A DNA stretch of 61,887 bases, filler included, from Stramenopiles sp. TOSAG23-3 (GCA_900128585.1; 17 parts of 17 records of this genome joined end to end with filler, not necessarily neighbours in it), one strand, 5' to 3'; shown: positions 22,409-33,200, numbered from the whole stretch's first letter. The notes: a model not told the origin generated them from the sequence alone. Numbers and translations are program-made.

Positions 22409-24523
22409 ATGACCGCCCAAAAGTATGGGCAATGCAGGTGGGGGCAGGGCGGCGAAAGGCGGTATTGCGGAGAAAAGCAACGCACTCTCCCCCTTCTTCT
22501 GTTAGTCCTTGTCGTCTCATGGAGATGTGTGCCCATCTATGGAATGGAGTGGGACTGTGCGTCTACGAACGGGACGTTTGAGCGAAGCACGGATTGCACG
22601 ATGTCGGATGAAGTTGCCGTTTCCGGAGACTTGACAGTGTTGGGGCGAGCGACGGTGTACTCTGCGCTGACGGCAGCGAGCGGTAAGAGGCACTTTAAGA
22701 TTACAAGTGGAGCACTGCGATTAAAATGGTTAAATATGACAGGTGGGGATGTCAGCAGTGCCTATGGTACGGGTGGTTCCATTTATGTCGAAGCTGCCCA
22801 TTTGAACATATCCCATTGTATTTTTTTCAATAATCTTGCTCGTAGTGGTGGTGCTATTGGCGGATCGTTGGCTGCTCGTTTGAATATATCCCGCTCTGTC
22901 TTCTTCAGGAATCATGCTGGTCGGGGTGGTGCTGTTTATGCTTCTAGTTCCGCTCTGGTCTTTACGAATGTAACGTTTGAAAACAACTCTGCAATTGAGG
23001 GGGGGGCAGATACTGGTGAAGGAGGTGCAATGCACATACGGTTAGGGACATTCAAAAGCGAATCAAATACATTTCAGAAGAATACAGCAGCGTTAGACGG
23101 TGGTGCGATGTACATTTATGATGCCAGTGCAATATCAATCACTGGGTCCTCGTTTAGAAAGAATACGGCAGGGTGGCATGGCGGTGGTATATATGTGTTT
23201 GTTTGGTCCTCCGATCCTTCTCATTTAGATCTGACAAGAATTCACTTGATTGAAAACAAACAAACAGGTGGGGGGACAGATGGTTATAAGGGTGGCGGTG
23301 GACTTTATTTAGTCCACAAAGTAACTGCGAATATTAGAGAATGTACGTTTATACGAAACGAAGCGACGACAGGATCAAGCGGGGGGAAACACGGGCATCA
23401 GATTATGACGCGGAAAAGTAGTACTTTTGGTAGTCCCTCCCTCGCGATTGTAAACACGAACTTTACGGACCTTCCAGGATCCCATCCCTTCTACGGGTAC
23501 CAATGGACCGGTACCTCCAGTACGAGCAGCGGGGGCGCAGACACATACGTAAGCCCGACGGCCTGCGCTTCCAACCAATGCTCTGTTGCACCCTTTACGG
23601 GATCGTGCTCGGCGAGAAGCGATCCTTTGCGCGGGACGCTTTGTCAGGGTAATCCTTCTTCCTGCCCAAGTGAAACCGTTCATAAGGGAATCTTCACTGT
23701 GTCAGAATCCCTTCTGCCACCCACAGCTGAATGCAGCCCCTGGACGGAGTGCGGCAGCGGGAGCTACATATCCACAAACGCGACGACTGCAACCGATCGA
23801 GAATGCAGCTCGTGCGGATCGTCCCAATTCTCTCCCCACGCAAACTCTTATGCCTGCAGAGCAATGGCATCATGTGAGCCAGGGTCGTTTATCTCAAAAG
23901 CAGGGACATCAGCCAACGATCGTTTCTGTAGCGCTTGCAAGCCCGGCACGTTTGCGAACGCCTCAAACCAAAACCATTGCTTCAACTGGACGTCATGTGC
24001 GAACGGCATTCGTATCGACGGCAGTGCAATATCGGATAAAGTTTGTGACATAGCACCTGCAACGACGACTATCATCAGTGGCCTGGTAGCGACTACAACA
24101 GCAAGTCCAACGACGACGGCTACCAGCGGCCCGGTAGCGACTACAACAGCAAGTCCAACGACGACGACTACCAGCGGCCCGGTAGCGACCACAGTCGCAA
24201 GTCCACCCATGACGACGACTACCAGCGACCCCGTAGCGACGACAAATGCAGGTCCATCGACGACGACAACCCTCAGCGGAGTCGGGGGTACTACGACAGC
24301 AAGCCCGTCGACGACGACCGCCATAAGCGGACCCGGGGTTACCACTACGAGCCCATCCACTACTACTGCTAGTACCGGCGGCACTTTTAAAACCACCACC
24401 TCGTCCAGGTCTACTACAACGAAAGAGAAATCGAGCTATGCAGAAGACGAGTTGGACTCGGCAGGACGGTCCTTCCCTGGCATTTTTGCGTTCCTGTGTT
24501 TCGGGTTGGTATTTCTTCAATAA
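22409..24523 (+). CDS. Cell-surface protein: signal peptide, PMP-like GGAI/FxxN beta-helix repeats, TNFR-like Cys-rich repeats, Thr-rich stalk, probable GPI signal
   Basis: Hydrophobic LPLLLLVLVV; repeated F..N.A..GGA[IVM]; C..WT.C..G..T.DR.C units; ATTTASPTTT repeats; C-terminal DSAG..FAFLCFGLVFLQ. Confidence 0.8.
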   Translation: MTAQKYGQCRWGQGGERRYCGEKQRTLPLLLLVLVVSWRCVPIYGMEWDCASTNGTFERSTDCTMSDEVAVSGDLTVLGRATVYSALTAASGKRHFKITSGALRLKWLNMTGGDVSSAYGTGGSIYVEAAHLNISHCIFFNNLARSGGAIGGSLAARLNISRSVFFRNHAGRGGAVYASSSALVFTNVTFENNSAIEGGADTGEGGAMHIRLGTFKSESNTFQKNTAALDGGAMYIYDASAISITGSSFRKNTAGWHGGGIYVFVWSSDPSHLDLTRIHLIENKQTGGGTDGYKGGGGLYLVHKVTANIRECTFIRNEATTGSSGGKHGHQIMTRKSSTFGSPSLAIVNTNFTDLPGSHPFYGYQWTGTSSTSSGGADTYVSPTACASNQCSVAPFTGSCSARSDPLRGTLCQGNPSSCPSETVHKGIFTVSESLLPPTAECSPWTECGSGSYISTNATTATDRECSSCGSSQFSPHANSYACRAMASCEPGSFISKAGTSANDRFCSACKPGTFANASNQNHCFNWTSCANGIRIDGSAISDKVCDIAPATTTIISGLVATTTASPTTTATSGPVATTTASPTTTTTSGPVATTVASPPMTTTTSDPVATTNAGPSTTTTLSGVGGTTTASPSTTTAISGPGVTTTSPSTTTASTGGTFKTTTSSRSTTTKEKSSYAEDELDSAGRSFPGIFAFLCFGLVFLQ

Positions 24524-24525
24524 AT

Positions 24526-24766
24526 AAACAAGAAAATTGGCTGTTATTTAAGTAATTAAATTTAGCTTCCTCATATCCTAATCCTGACTTGGTTCTGTTT
24601 TTAAACAATCAACAATTTTTAGGGGAAAACGTGAGAAAAAACAAAATATTGTGAGTTTTCTTTTTTTTTCTTTCCGACTGTCCGATTTATTAATAAATGG
24701 CAAGTTAGGATTAGGGTATGAGGAAGCTAAATCTAATTACTTAAATAACAGCCAATTTTCTTGTTT
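24526..24766. mobile_element. Short element with ~66-bp imperfect inverted arms (MITE-like, or inverted retroelement ends)
   Basis: 24526-24591 is the near-perfect reverse complement of 24701-24766. The same outer end recurs on three other contigs. Confidence 0.8.
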
Positions 24767-24938
24767 TTAATGACTCTTCTACCGTACTCATACTCATACT
24801 AGTTATTAAAATTATAAAAAAAACAAATTATATAGACTAGTAGTATGCTTTAAGGCTTTAAGACGCTCATTTGTGGTTTATTTATATCATCAAATTGAAA
24901 CATTTAACTATTATAGAACGGACTATTATTCGAAAAAT

Positions 24939-25100
24939 AATTAATTATATATTCGTACTTTTAAAACTGAAGAACGTACTAGAACATTTAGTTGTAATTA
25001 ATTATATATTCGTACCATTTAGTTGTAATTAATTATATATTCGTACTTTTAAAACTGAAGAACATTTAGTTGTAATTAATTAGATATTTCGTACTTTAAA
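24939..25100. repeat. AT-rich minisatellite, ~4 units containing TTTAGTTGTAATTAATTATATATTCGTAC
   Basis: Directly visible degenerate tandem units. Confidence 0.85.
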
Positions 25101-25962
25101 AAATGATACAATAAGGAAATGTGATTTATATGGAAATACAAAGGAAAATTATGACAACCACTCAAAATTTTGTTCAGACAAAAATACGTTTAACAGAAAA
25201 AATTCTATACAGCATATACTATGTGCTGTGGTGTATGCTCGTCGTTTGGCAAGCCATTAATTCCTCTGGATTCTGGATTGTATTACATTTGTTTTGTGTT
25301 GGTGTTGCCAACTGGTGTATATGATGTACACCTACGCGCATTACATGTCTGTGCGTATACTCGGTGACACATTTCCTCGTCTTGCAAATTAGTATCACAG
25401 CTTTTGTCAACAAGAAATTCTTCATAAATTTGTGCAACTAAATTTTACTTTAAGTAACACAATCAACTTATAAACCAAAATGCCCTTCATAAGATCTTTG
25501 CTGACCAAGTTGTTCTTGCTCCTGTGCGTCGTACGGCAGAGCACTGNNNNNNNNNNNNNNNNNNNNNNNNNNNNNNNNNNNNNNNNNNNNTTAATTAATT
25601 AANNNNNNNNNNNNNNNNNNNNNNNNNNNNNNNNNNNNNNNNNNNNCGCCGCTGATTATATATTATTGTTTTTTTTTGTTATTACTCCTCATTTTATTAC
25701 CGGTACAGGTACGTAGTACAGCAGCATATAATAAAAAATGAAATATTTTTTTTTTTTTGCAAACTTTTTTTTTTTGTGATTTTGTTTTTATTTTTTTATT
25801 AGTTACAACATTATTAATTACATATAAACAATATATAAAAAAAACTATTCATCCAACAGCAATTAATTGGAGAAGAAAAAAGAAGCAACATCTTACTGCA
25901 AATACATAAAATACAGAGGGTTTGATTGTTTGACAATCGAACAGAACAAATAAAATACAATA

Positions 25963-26934
25963 ATGAGTTCCCGGCCGTCACCTACCAGGGAACGGTCGAG
26001 CCATACGTGCTCGAGCGTCCCCTCTTCGCCAACCAAACGGCGGAGACCTAACCATGCCCACGACCCCGTGTCAAAATTATCTCATGAAGTGAGACAGGGG
26101 GGTGTAAATCAAACGGAAGAGACGGAGAGAAACAATGAGTTCCTCTTTTTTGGGGACTCCTTGACGTACGGAATGTCCCACGCGACAGCAGACCGGTACT
26201 TCGTCACGTGGCCAAACTTGCTGAAAGAACGGCTGACAGTGGCCTCGTCCAGCAAGTACACAATCGTTGAGAGTGCCCTGTGCAGCCGGACCACGAAGTT
26301 CGACGACGACAATTACGACAACAAAAGCTGGCTCCCTACGATGACCCCACACATTTTCAACGGCAAGACTGCACTGGCCCCGATCTTGCTGTCTCACTCC
26401 CCTCGTTGGATGGTTCTCTTGTTGGGCACGAACGATTTGAAAAAGAGCAACCTTGAAAAGTACAGCAAGGAGGCGGTCGAACAGGAAAATATGAAGGAGG
26501 CGTCAAAGCGTTGCACAAGAAGCCGCAATAAGAATGGCGGTGAAAAGAAACCCACGATGAAAACGGTCGAGGCTCAACGGTCGTATTACACCATCGCGTG
26601 CGACGTTGCTCAGAGCTGCTGCGATTTAGGAAAGATGGCCCAATCGTTCCACCCGAACGTCAATGTCTTAATCGTTACCCCTCCCCCCATTCGCCTGACC
26701 GAGGACAACCAGACCTGGGGATTCTCCGAAAAGTCTGTAGAGATTGCGAAACATTTTCCAAAAGCATTTCGATCAATTTGTAAGAAAAATAATTTGTTGA
26801 ACGTTTCATGCCCCAAAGGCTCGATTGACATGGAGTCCAGCGAGGACGGAATTCACATTACGGAGTCGCACAACGCGGTGTACGCAGACGTTGTGTGGGA
26901 AGCGTTGCACAAGAGCGACAACGATTTGCAATGA
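25963..26934 (+). CDS. SGNH/GDSL hydrolase (arylesterase-like)
   Basis: FFGDSLTYG, SRTT, LLGTND, DGIH catalytic blocks. Confidence 0.88.
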   Translation: MSSRPSPTRERSSHTCSSVPSSPTKRRRPNHAHDPVSKLSHEVRQGGVNQTEETERNNEFLFFGDSLTYGMSHATADRYFVTWPNLLKERLTVASSSKYTIVESALCSRTTKFDDDNYDNKSWLPTMTPHIFNGKTALAPILLSHSPRWMVLLLGTNDLKKSNLEKYSKEAVEQENMKEASKRCTRSRNKNGGEKKPTMKTVEAQRSYYTIACDVAQSCCDLGKMAQSFHPNVNVLIVTPPPIRLTEDNQTWGFSEKSVEIAKHFPKAFRSICKKNNLLNVSCPKGSIDMESSEDGIHITESHNAVYADVVWEALHKSDNDLQ

Positions 26935-27112
26935 TCCCGTGTTGAAGAAGAGCATAGAGGCATTGCTTTTTCAGGGTGTCCCGTTGGGTGGGATGCATGA
27001 AGCGGTGTCGTCCAAAGAGAAAGTTCCCGTAGACATGTAAATAAAGGAGAGCTTGTGATGGAGTAAATTTTAATTGGTAAAAAAAAACAAATTATATAGG
27101 TAATATTTAAAC

Positions 27113-27136
27113 ACAAGAAAATTGGCTGTTATTTAA
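27113..27136 (+). repeat. Truncated copy of the ACAAGAAAATTGGCTGTTATTTA dispersed repeat
   Basis: 24-bp identity to the arm at 24528. Confidence 0.8.
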
Positions 27137-27488
27137 ATATCAATGTATCATACATATAATTTGTTTTCATAAAAACACAAAATTGCCTGTTAGTTAAGTA
27201 ATTAAACTTCATGTACTGCAAACTTATCTCTACTGTTATGATTCCAGTAATCAGTATATTCTTGTCACACTTAGTTTTGACTATCATTTTCATGTGTGCA
27301 CTCCATTCTAGATTTATAGTAATGCTCATAATCGTACATGATATGTAAAAGATAAAAAAGCAAAAGAATCATTACGGTAACGTCTCGGCACAGCAATCCT
27401 AAATTTCACACATCGTACTATCACTAACCGTATTTTTTTTCGTACGAAAATTACAACAAAGAATGAATACACGGGCGGCGGCCCCGTT

Positions 27489-28679
27489 TTAATCAATCAC
27501 CACGGACCACTCGTGCTCGTCCCGTCCGTACTGGATCCCAACGATGGTGTCCCAAACGCGTTGGGTCAACGGTCCTGCCACTGCGTCGGGGTTCTTTGGG
27601 TCTAGTGGTACCTCGTACTCTGTGCCGTGGTAGCTAATCAACCTAATTGGCGAAACTACGGCCGCAGTCCCAGCGCCAAAACATTCAATCAGACGCTTCT
27701 CTTCAATCGCCTTCGTCATTTCTGCCATGGTGTACGAACGTTCGGTGACTTTGAATTCGCCCCAGCCTCTGGCCAAATTCAAGATCGTGTCGCGGGTGAC
27801 ACCGGGCAAAATCGTACCATCCAACGGGGCAGTTACTAGTTCTTTGTCCCCGTCTTCGTTCACCCAGAAGGTAAACATGTTCATCGTGCCGACCTCTGTC
27901 AGCTGGTCATCGTCCCCAAAGAGCCACAAAACTTGCGAGTAGCCCTTTTTCGCAGCGTCCATTTGGACCTTGATGGTCGGCGCGTAGTTGCCCCCACACT
28001 TGGTAAACCCAACCCCCCCAGGCCATGCCCGGCGGTTCTGGTTGTCTGCATACAGCGTGACCGGCTTGAAGCCTTCCGGGTAGTACGGTCCTACGGGACT
28101 CAATATGCAGTACAGCTTCGACGACTGGGCACCGGTGACGCCCAAGTACGGGTGGGTACTGATGGCGGTGGGCCGAAGGTACAGGGAAAAGCCGTCCCCC
28201 TCCGGTATACAGCCTTTGTCCAAGCGCACCAACTCCTTTATGCACTCCAGAAATGCGTCCCCGTCAAAGTCCGGAAGGTTCATGCGCTCGCAGGACACCT
28301 TCATCCTTGCCATGTTCATGTCCGGCCGAAACAGTCGTGTCCTCCCCTCGGAGTCCAAGTACCCTTTCATCCCCTCGAAACATTCCAGGCCGTAGTGGAG
28401 TACACTGGCGGCGGGGTCCATTTGGAACGGCCCGTAGGGTCTAATTACTGGGGCGTGCCAGCCGTGGTCGGACGTCCAGTCAATCTCTAACATGTGGTCG
28501 GTGAACAGCTGCCCGAACTGAAGCTCTTCCTTGGGCGGGAAAAGTTTTCTAGTCTGGGCCTTGGTAATGTCCAGCTTGGAAGGGTCAATACTGGCAGTAG
28601 AGAACAGGGCAGGCTTCGCAGCGGCACCAGTTCGTTTTGCCACACCACGGGCAGCGCTGGAGAAAAGTGTTGAAAGCAT
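27489..28679 (-). CDS. BCAT: Branched-chain amino acid aminotransferase, probably mitochondrial
   Basis: FTDHML, LHYGLECFEGMK, LYLRP, KCGGNY (PLP lysine), EVGTMN, ILPGVTR, FGAGTAA. Transit-peptide-like N-terminus from ATG 28679. Confidence 0.96.
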   Translation of the reverse strand: MLSTLFSSAARGVAKRTGAAAKPALFSTASIDPSKLDITKAQTRKLFPPKEELQFGQLFTDHMLEIDWTSDHGWHAPVIRPYGPFQMDPAASVLHYGLECFEGMKGYLDSEGRTRLFRPDMNMARMKVSCERMNLPDFDGDAFLECIKELVRLDKGCIPEGDGFSLYLRPTAISTHPYLGVTGAQSSKLYCILSPVGPYYPEGFKPVTLYADNQNRRAWPGGVGFTKCGGNYAPTIKVQMDAAKKGYSQVLWLFGDDDQLTEVGTMNMFTFWVNEDGDKELVTAPLDGTILPGVTRDTILNLARGWGEFKVTERSYTMAEMTKAIEEKRLIECFGAGTAAVVSPIRLISYHGTEYEVPLDPKNPDAVAGPLTQRVWDTIVGIQYGRDEHEWSVVID

Positions 28680-29992
28680 CGTGCGTGTGTGTTTTGTGAT
28701 TGAATATTGCAAACGGATAGAGGTATAAAAAGAAGTATACAATTTTGATCGTTTTCGTTGAACTATAATTTTTTACAACCGTCTTTCTATATTTTGTTGT
28801 TCAGTTAAAGTAGTACAAACCATCAATCAAATCAAATCCACCACCACCGACCGACCATGCGTCCAGTTGTTGTTGTTGTTCTTGTCGTTCTTCTTGCTAA
28901 AATTTGTTGTTGTTTCCTTTTCTTTTGTTCCTTTGGTTGTCTTTATATTATTATTTGTTGTAGTAAATTAATAAGTTGGTGTACTTGAAGATAAGATATT
29001 TTTTTTTAATTATTTTTTTTACTACTTTTTTTTTAATAATAATTATTATTTTTTATTTGGCTTGATAATGCTGTGTAATGTTATTATTTTATTTAAAACA
29101 ACTCTTCATCTTCTTCTTTTCTTCTTCTTCTTCTTCTTCTTCTTCTTCTTCTTCTTTCTTCTTCTTCTTCTTCTTCTTCTTCTTCTTCTTCTTCTNNNNN
29201 NNNNNNNNNNNNNNNNNNNNNNNNNNNNNNNNNNNNNNNTTAATTAATTAANNNNNNNNNNNNNNNNNNNNNNNNNNNNNNNNNNNNNNNNNNNNATCAC
29301 CGCGTTGCTTATTTAAATATAACGATATCATCTGAAGGTTAAATCCATACAAATCGATTTGAATCCCCAACACAGCCCTATGATATATGGTGTAATTATA
29401 CATTAACATAATCACAGGGTTACAATAAACATCTGAACGTTGCCATCTCTTAGGAATTTTATTGGGACGATATAAAGTGCGAATAATTCTTCTAATAAGC
29501 TCCTTCTGTGAGTGTCATAATACAGGGGCTTAGGAAGGGATGGAGGAGATATTTATTTATTTATTCGAGGAATTCAACGCATACATATTGTTGGATATGC
29601 ACCAAAAATAGTTTGTTCAGTGGTTTTGAGGCTCTGCAACTTGTTTTCGTATTACAATTGCGGCACAAAGTCGCTTTATGTATATAAGATACCGGCCGTC
29701 CAGCCGGTAAGGCCCCTTTCCTTTTTTTGTGGGTCGCATAAGCCATACCGTATATCCGTTGGATCACCCAACGGACAGGTTGCTTACCCTACCCCGCCCC
29801 CCCTGGTCACGGCGGCAAGGGTGTTGGACGTGTTCGGCTGTATGGACAAAATAAAAGGTAGAAGAAAGAGAAAGTGCCAATCTTTGCCTTGCTTCTAATC
29901 TCTTTTTAACACTTTACAGACGAAAACTGTAAATCCACAGTATTATCATTTGAATACTATACAAATAGTTTTTTATTATTTGCATTGATACT

Positions 29993-31441
29993 ATGTCAAA
30001 TATAGTTACACCCGTGCCGGCAAAGGTACATTTTCAATCAAGAGGGACTGCTTACCCATCTCTGAACGATATCAGTTGGTCCCATTGGTCACGAGCAGAT
30101 GGAAAGGACTACCAGTATAATGAGTCGAGACGGTGGGCAGGGGATGGAATTCTATTAAACAAAATTGGGGACTCAGAAATGTTTTGGCTTGCAGAAAGGC
30201 CAAACGATGCGACATTTGCTATACTGGACACATTTAAGAGGAACCCAAGAGCGGCAGCAGTGGGTCAAGGTCATAATACTAAGAGATGTGCTAATTCTAG
30301 TTGTGGTAAAGTTTTCAGAGGCGAAGTATTGCAAGAATACTGTGTGGTGTGTCTAGTAAAAGTAGCCAATGAATCTGAGAAAAAAGCACACCAGGAAATT
30401 CAACGTGCAAAAGAGTTTGAGACAGAATCTAAGTTGTTGCACGAACGCCTACAGAGATTGAAGCGAAAATTGGAGGAGCTAGAAAGTAGCAACGAACAAC
30501 TGAAAGGCGATTATCTGGTAGCAAAAGCTCACTACGCAGCCCAAAACGAGCAGATTCAGGTTGCTAACTATGATTTGGAAAAAACAAACAAAGCTCTGGC
30601 ATTGAAGACTGGGTCCCTTGAAGCCACAAATTCAGCGCTACTAGCGCAGTCAAACTCATTTGGACAAGTCATAAAAGAGTACCGTCGGATATCAAAGGAG
30701 CTACAAAACACCTATAAGATTCTGCAGAAGGTTGCCGAAAAGACAGAGCAAAATCGTAGCACCATTGTCAGTGTAAAGGGGGAAATATGTGTGCTGGGCG
30801 AAGATCTTCACATGTCACGCTCAACTGACAATATCACAAATATGATTACACAACAACTTGTGGATGATCTCAAGTTTGCTTTTCGAAAAGTATATGGGAC
30901 AACATCCAAAAATCGTAATGTACGAGAACAAAAAGTAGATCTTGTCTTGCGATCCTGGCCACCGTGTTTACACAATGTATTGTTTGCTTCTGGGTTAACA
31001 ATGGGCAAAAAAGTTGTACTGGATACGTTTATCACTGAAGTAAAGGCAATTAATGTCAGGGCTGGATCGCTTTGCAAAAGCTTATACAATTATGGCACAA
31101 TCATTACACCAGAATGTAGTGAAGAAAGTGTTGGGCATAAATCATATGAAGGAATGCTGGCAATGCTGCCATTCATCCCAGAAGAAAAGCGGCCAGACAT
31201 TCGTTACTTGGAGGCGTGGAACGCCGTGTCAAGGAAAAACACAAACTGCAAATTTTTGGAATATTTGAAATCAGTTGATTATTGCGGTCTAAGGAAATAT
31301 AAATGGGTGACACATGTTAAACTTAAACTTGAAAAGAAAACGCATTCATCAGAGTTGAAAATTGAATTCTATACAAGATCACTAAGGCGTGGCGGATCAG
31401 ATGGAAAATGGGAAGAAGATTTCGATTTAGAGGATTGGTAA
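29993..31441 (+). CDS. Hypothetical protein with Cys4 cluster and long coiled coil
   Basis: 482-aa ORF in AT-rich context; CANSSC..YCVVC followed by a heptad-rich segment. Confidence 0.65.
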   Translation: MSNIVTPVPAKVHFQSRGTAYPSLNDISWSHWSRADGKDYQYNESRRWAGDGILLNKIGDSEMFWLAERPNDATFAILDTFKRNPRAAAVGQGHNTKRCANSSCGKVFRGEVLQEYCVVCLVKVANESEKKAHQEIQRAKEFETESKLLHERLQRLKRKLEELESSNEQLKGDYLVAKAHYAAQNEQIQVANYDLEKTNKALALKTGSLEATNSALLAQSNSFGQVIKEYRRISKELQNTYKILQKVAEKTEQNRSTIVSVKGEICVLGEDLHMSRSTDNITNMITQQLVDDLKFAFRKVYGTTSKNRNVREQKVDLVLRSWPPCLHNVLFASGLTMGKKVVLDTFITEVKAINVRAGSLCKSLYNYGTIITPECSEESVGHKSYEGMLAMLPFIPEEKRPDIRYLEAWNAVSRKNTNCKFLEYLKSVDYCGLRKYKWVTHVKLKLEKKTHSSELKIEFYTRSLRRGGSDGKWEEDFDLEDW

Positions 31442-31968
31442 CAACCAATTTAAAAACTACCTGAACGACTGGCGTGGAACTCGTGGGCGAGCACACGCGG
31501 GGCGAGCTGGGCCTCCTCCGACGTGACAGGCTCCCGCACCCCGGCCCCGAGGGCCTCCTCNNNNNNNNNNNNNNNNNNNNNNNNNNNNNNNNNNNNNNNN
31601 NNNNNNNNNNNNNNNNNNNNNNNNNNNNNNNNNNNNNNNNNNNNNNNNNNNNNNNNNNNNNNNNNNNNNNNNNNNNNNNNNNNNNNNNNNNNNNNNNNNN
31701 NNNNNNNNNNNNNNNNNNNNNNAGCTGGGCCTCCTCCGACGTGACAGGCTCCCGCACCCCGGCCCCGAGGGCCTCCTCGGTCGCGCAGGGCTCCCCGTGC
31801 GCCTCCGGGAGACGTAGCTGGACGTAGATTTTTGTAAATTCGTGATTTTTCATTATTATTAAGGTAATTTAGTACATCCAGATCAATTTTGTACATTAAA
31901 TTATATTATATTCATCGAATCACGAAATGTACGCTGTGTCCCGTAGTCGCACCGTATGGCCATTTAGG

Positions 31969-32080
31969 TAGAACACGGCTAAACATTGTTAACGGTATTC
32001 TAGGTATTATTGACAGAAAAACAAACAAAAATTTGTCAATAATACCTAGAATACCATTAACAATGTTTAGCCGTGTTCTA
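31969..32080. repeat. Long hairpin: 47-bp arms, 18-nt loop, one mismatch
   Basis: 31969-32015 is the reverse complement of 32034-32080 except at 31993/32056. Confidence 0.93.
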
Positions 32081-32789
32081 TCGATTGTCGCATTTACTGG
32101 TGAGTGGGCTTTGGGTTTCCACACCAGGAGTAGTAATAATTGTCTATTACCTGAATAGTACAAATAAGGTGGAAAATAATCTATATATTTCTCTTCATTT
32201 ACTATAATATATAAACACAGCATAGAGAATAAATATTGTCCCCAGGAACCATCCTTCCTCGCGAAGAACAGTCAATGCGGCGCAAACTTGAAAAAGTGGA
32301 AACAAAAAAAGTTAACTATTTCAAACGTAGAGATCTTTGTGAATGGAAAATAATTTTTACAAATTTAAACCGCCAAAAGTGCTTTCTAATATATAAAAGT
32401 ATGCCAGTACGGTTCGTTTTCATATCGCCAACAAATGAATAAGTGTTTGTTCGCGTGGCGTTTGGTCAACATTGCCCATTTGCAAGCAAATTGTCCCTAG
32501 GAACCGAAATTGCATGTCAATTGAGGGCAAACAATTTATAAACATTCGGTCATGGCCGGGTATCGTTCCAGGAGCGATCGCCCGAGCTAGATTTATGCAA
32601 TTAGGCATCCCCCTTTCTTTCTTTTGTTAGTTTCTGTCGAAACGCTTCCATACTTTGAAATTCGAGTTGGATTTTTTTCCGCGCCAAGGACACTGAACAC
32701 TTTGATAAACAGGTGTACAGTATTGCGTTTTAGTTCGTAATTAAATTAACATCATAATCATAGTACCTTAAAATATTCTATAATAAAAA

Positions 32790-32812
32790 ACAAGAAAATT
32801 GGCTGTTATTTA
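32790..32812 (+). repeat. Truncated copy of the ACAAGAAAATTGGCTGTTATTTA dispersed repeat
   Basis: 23-bp identity to the arm at 24528. Confidence 0.8.
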
Positions 32813-33200
32813 TGAATAATAGTATTATTCTACTCCCGGNNNNNNNNNNNNNNNNNNNNNNNNNNNNNNNNNNNNNNNNNNNNTTAATTAATTAANNNNN
32901 NNNNNNNNNNNNNNNNNNNNNNNNNNNNNNNNNNNNNNNAATACGGTTTCGCTTGGAACCCTATACCTTTTGTTTAAAAGAGATGTGGTGCCTTGGCCTA
33001 AAGCAGAATTGTTTGGCATTTTGTAAAAAAAAACAAATTTGGCATTTTGTAATATGCCCGTTACCACACAGTGTAGGTTTGTACGCTCAAAAACGCACAG
33101 AAAATTAAGAACAATATGTCAGCAGCAATTAAATTTACGCTTGTACGAAATTAAGAACTATACGCTTATTCGTACGAAATACTAAAAACCAAGGTAAGAA

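Noticed and set aside
25219..25546. Coding-looking stretch at the end of contig 7
   Set aside because: No frame gives a recognisable product; it is truncated by the contig end.
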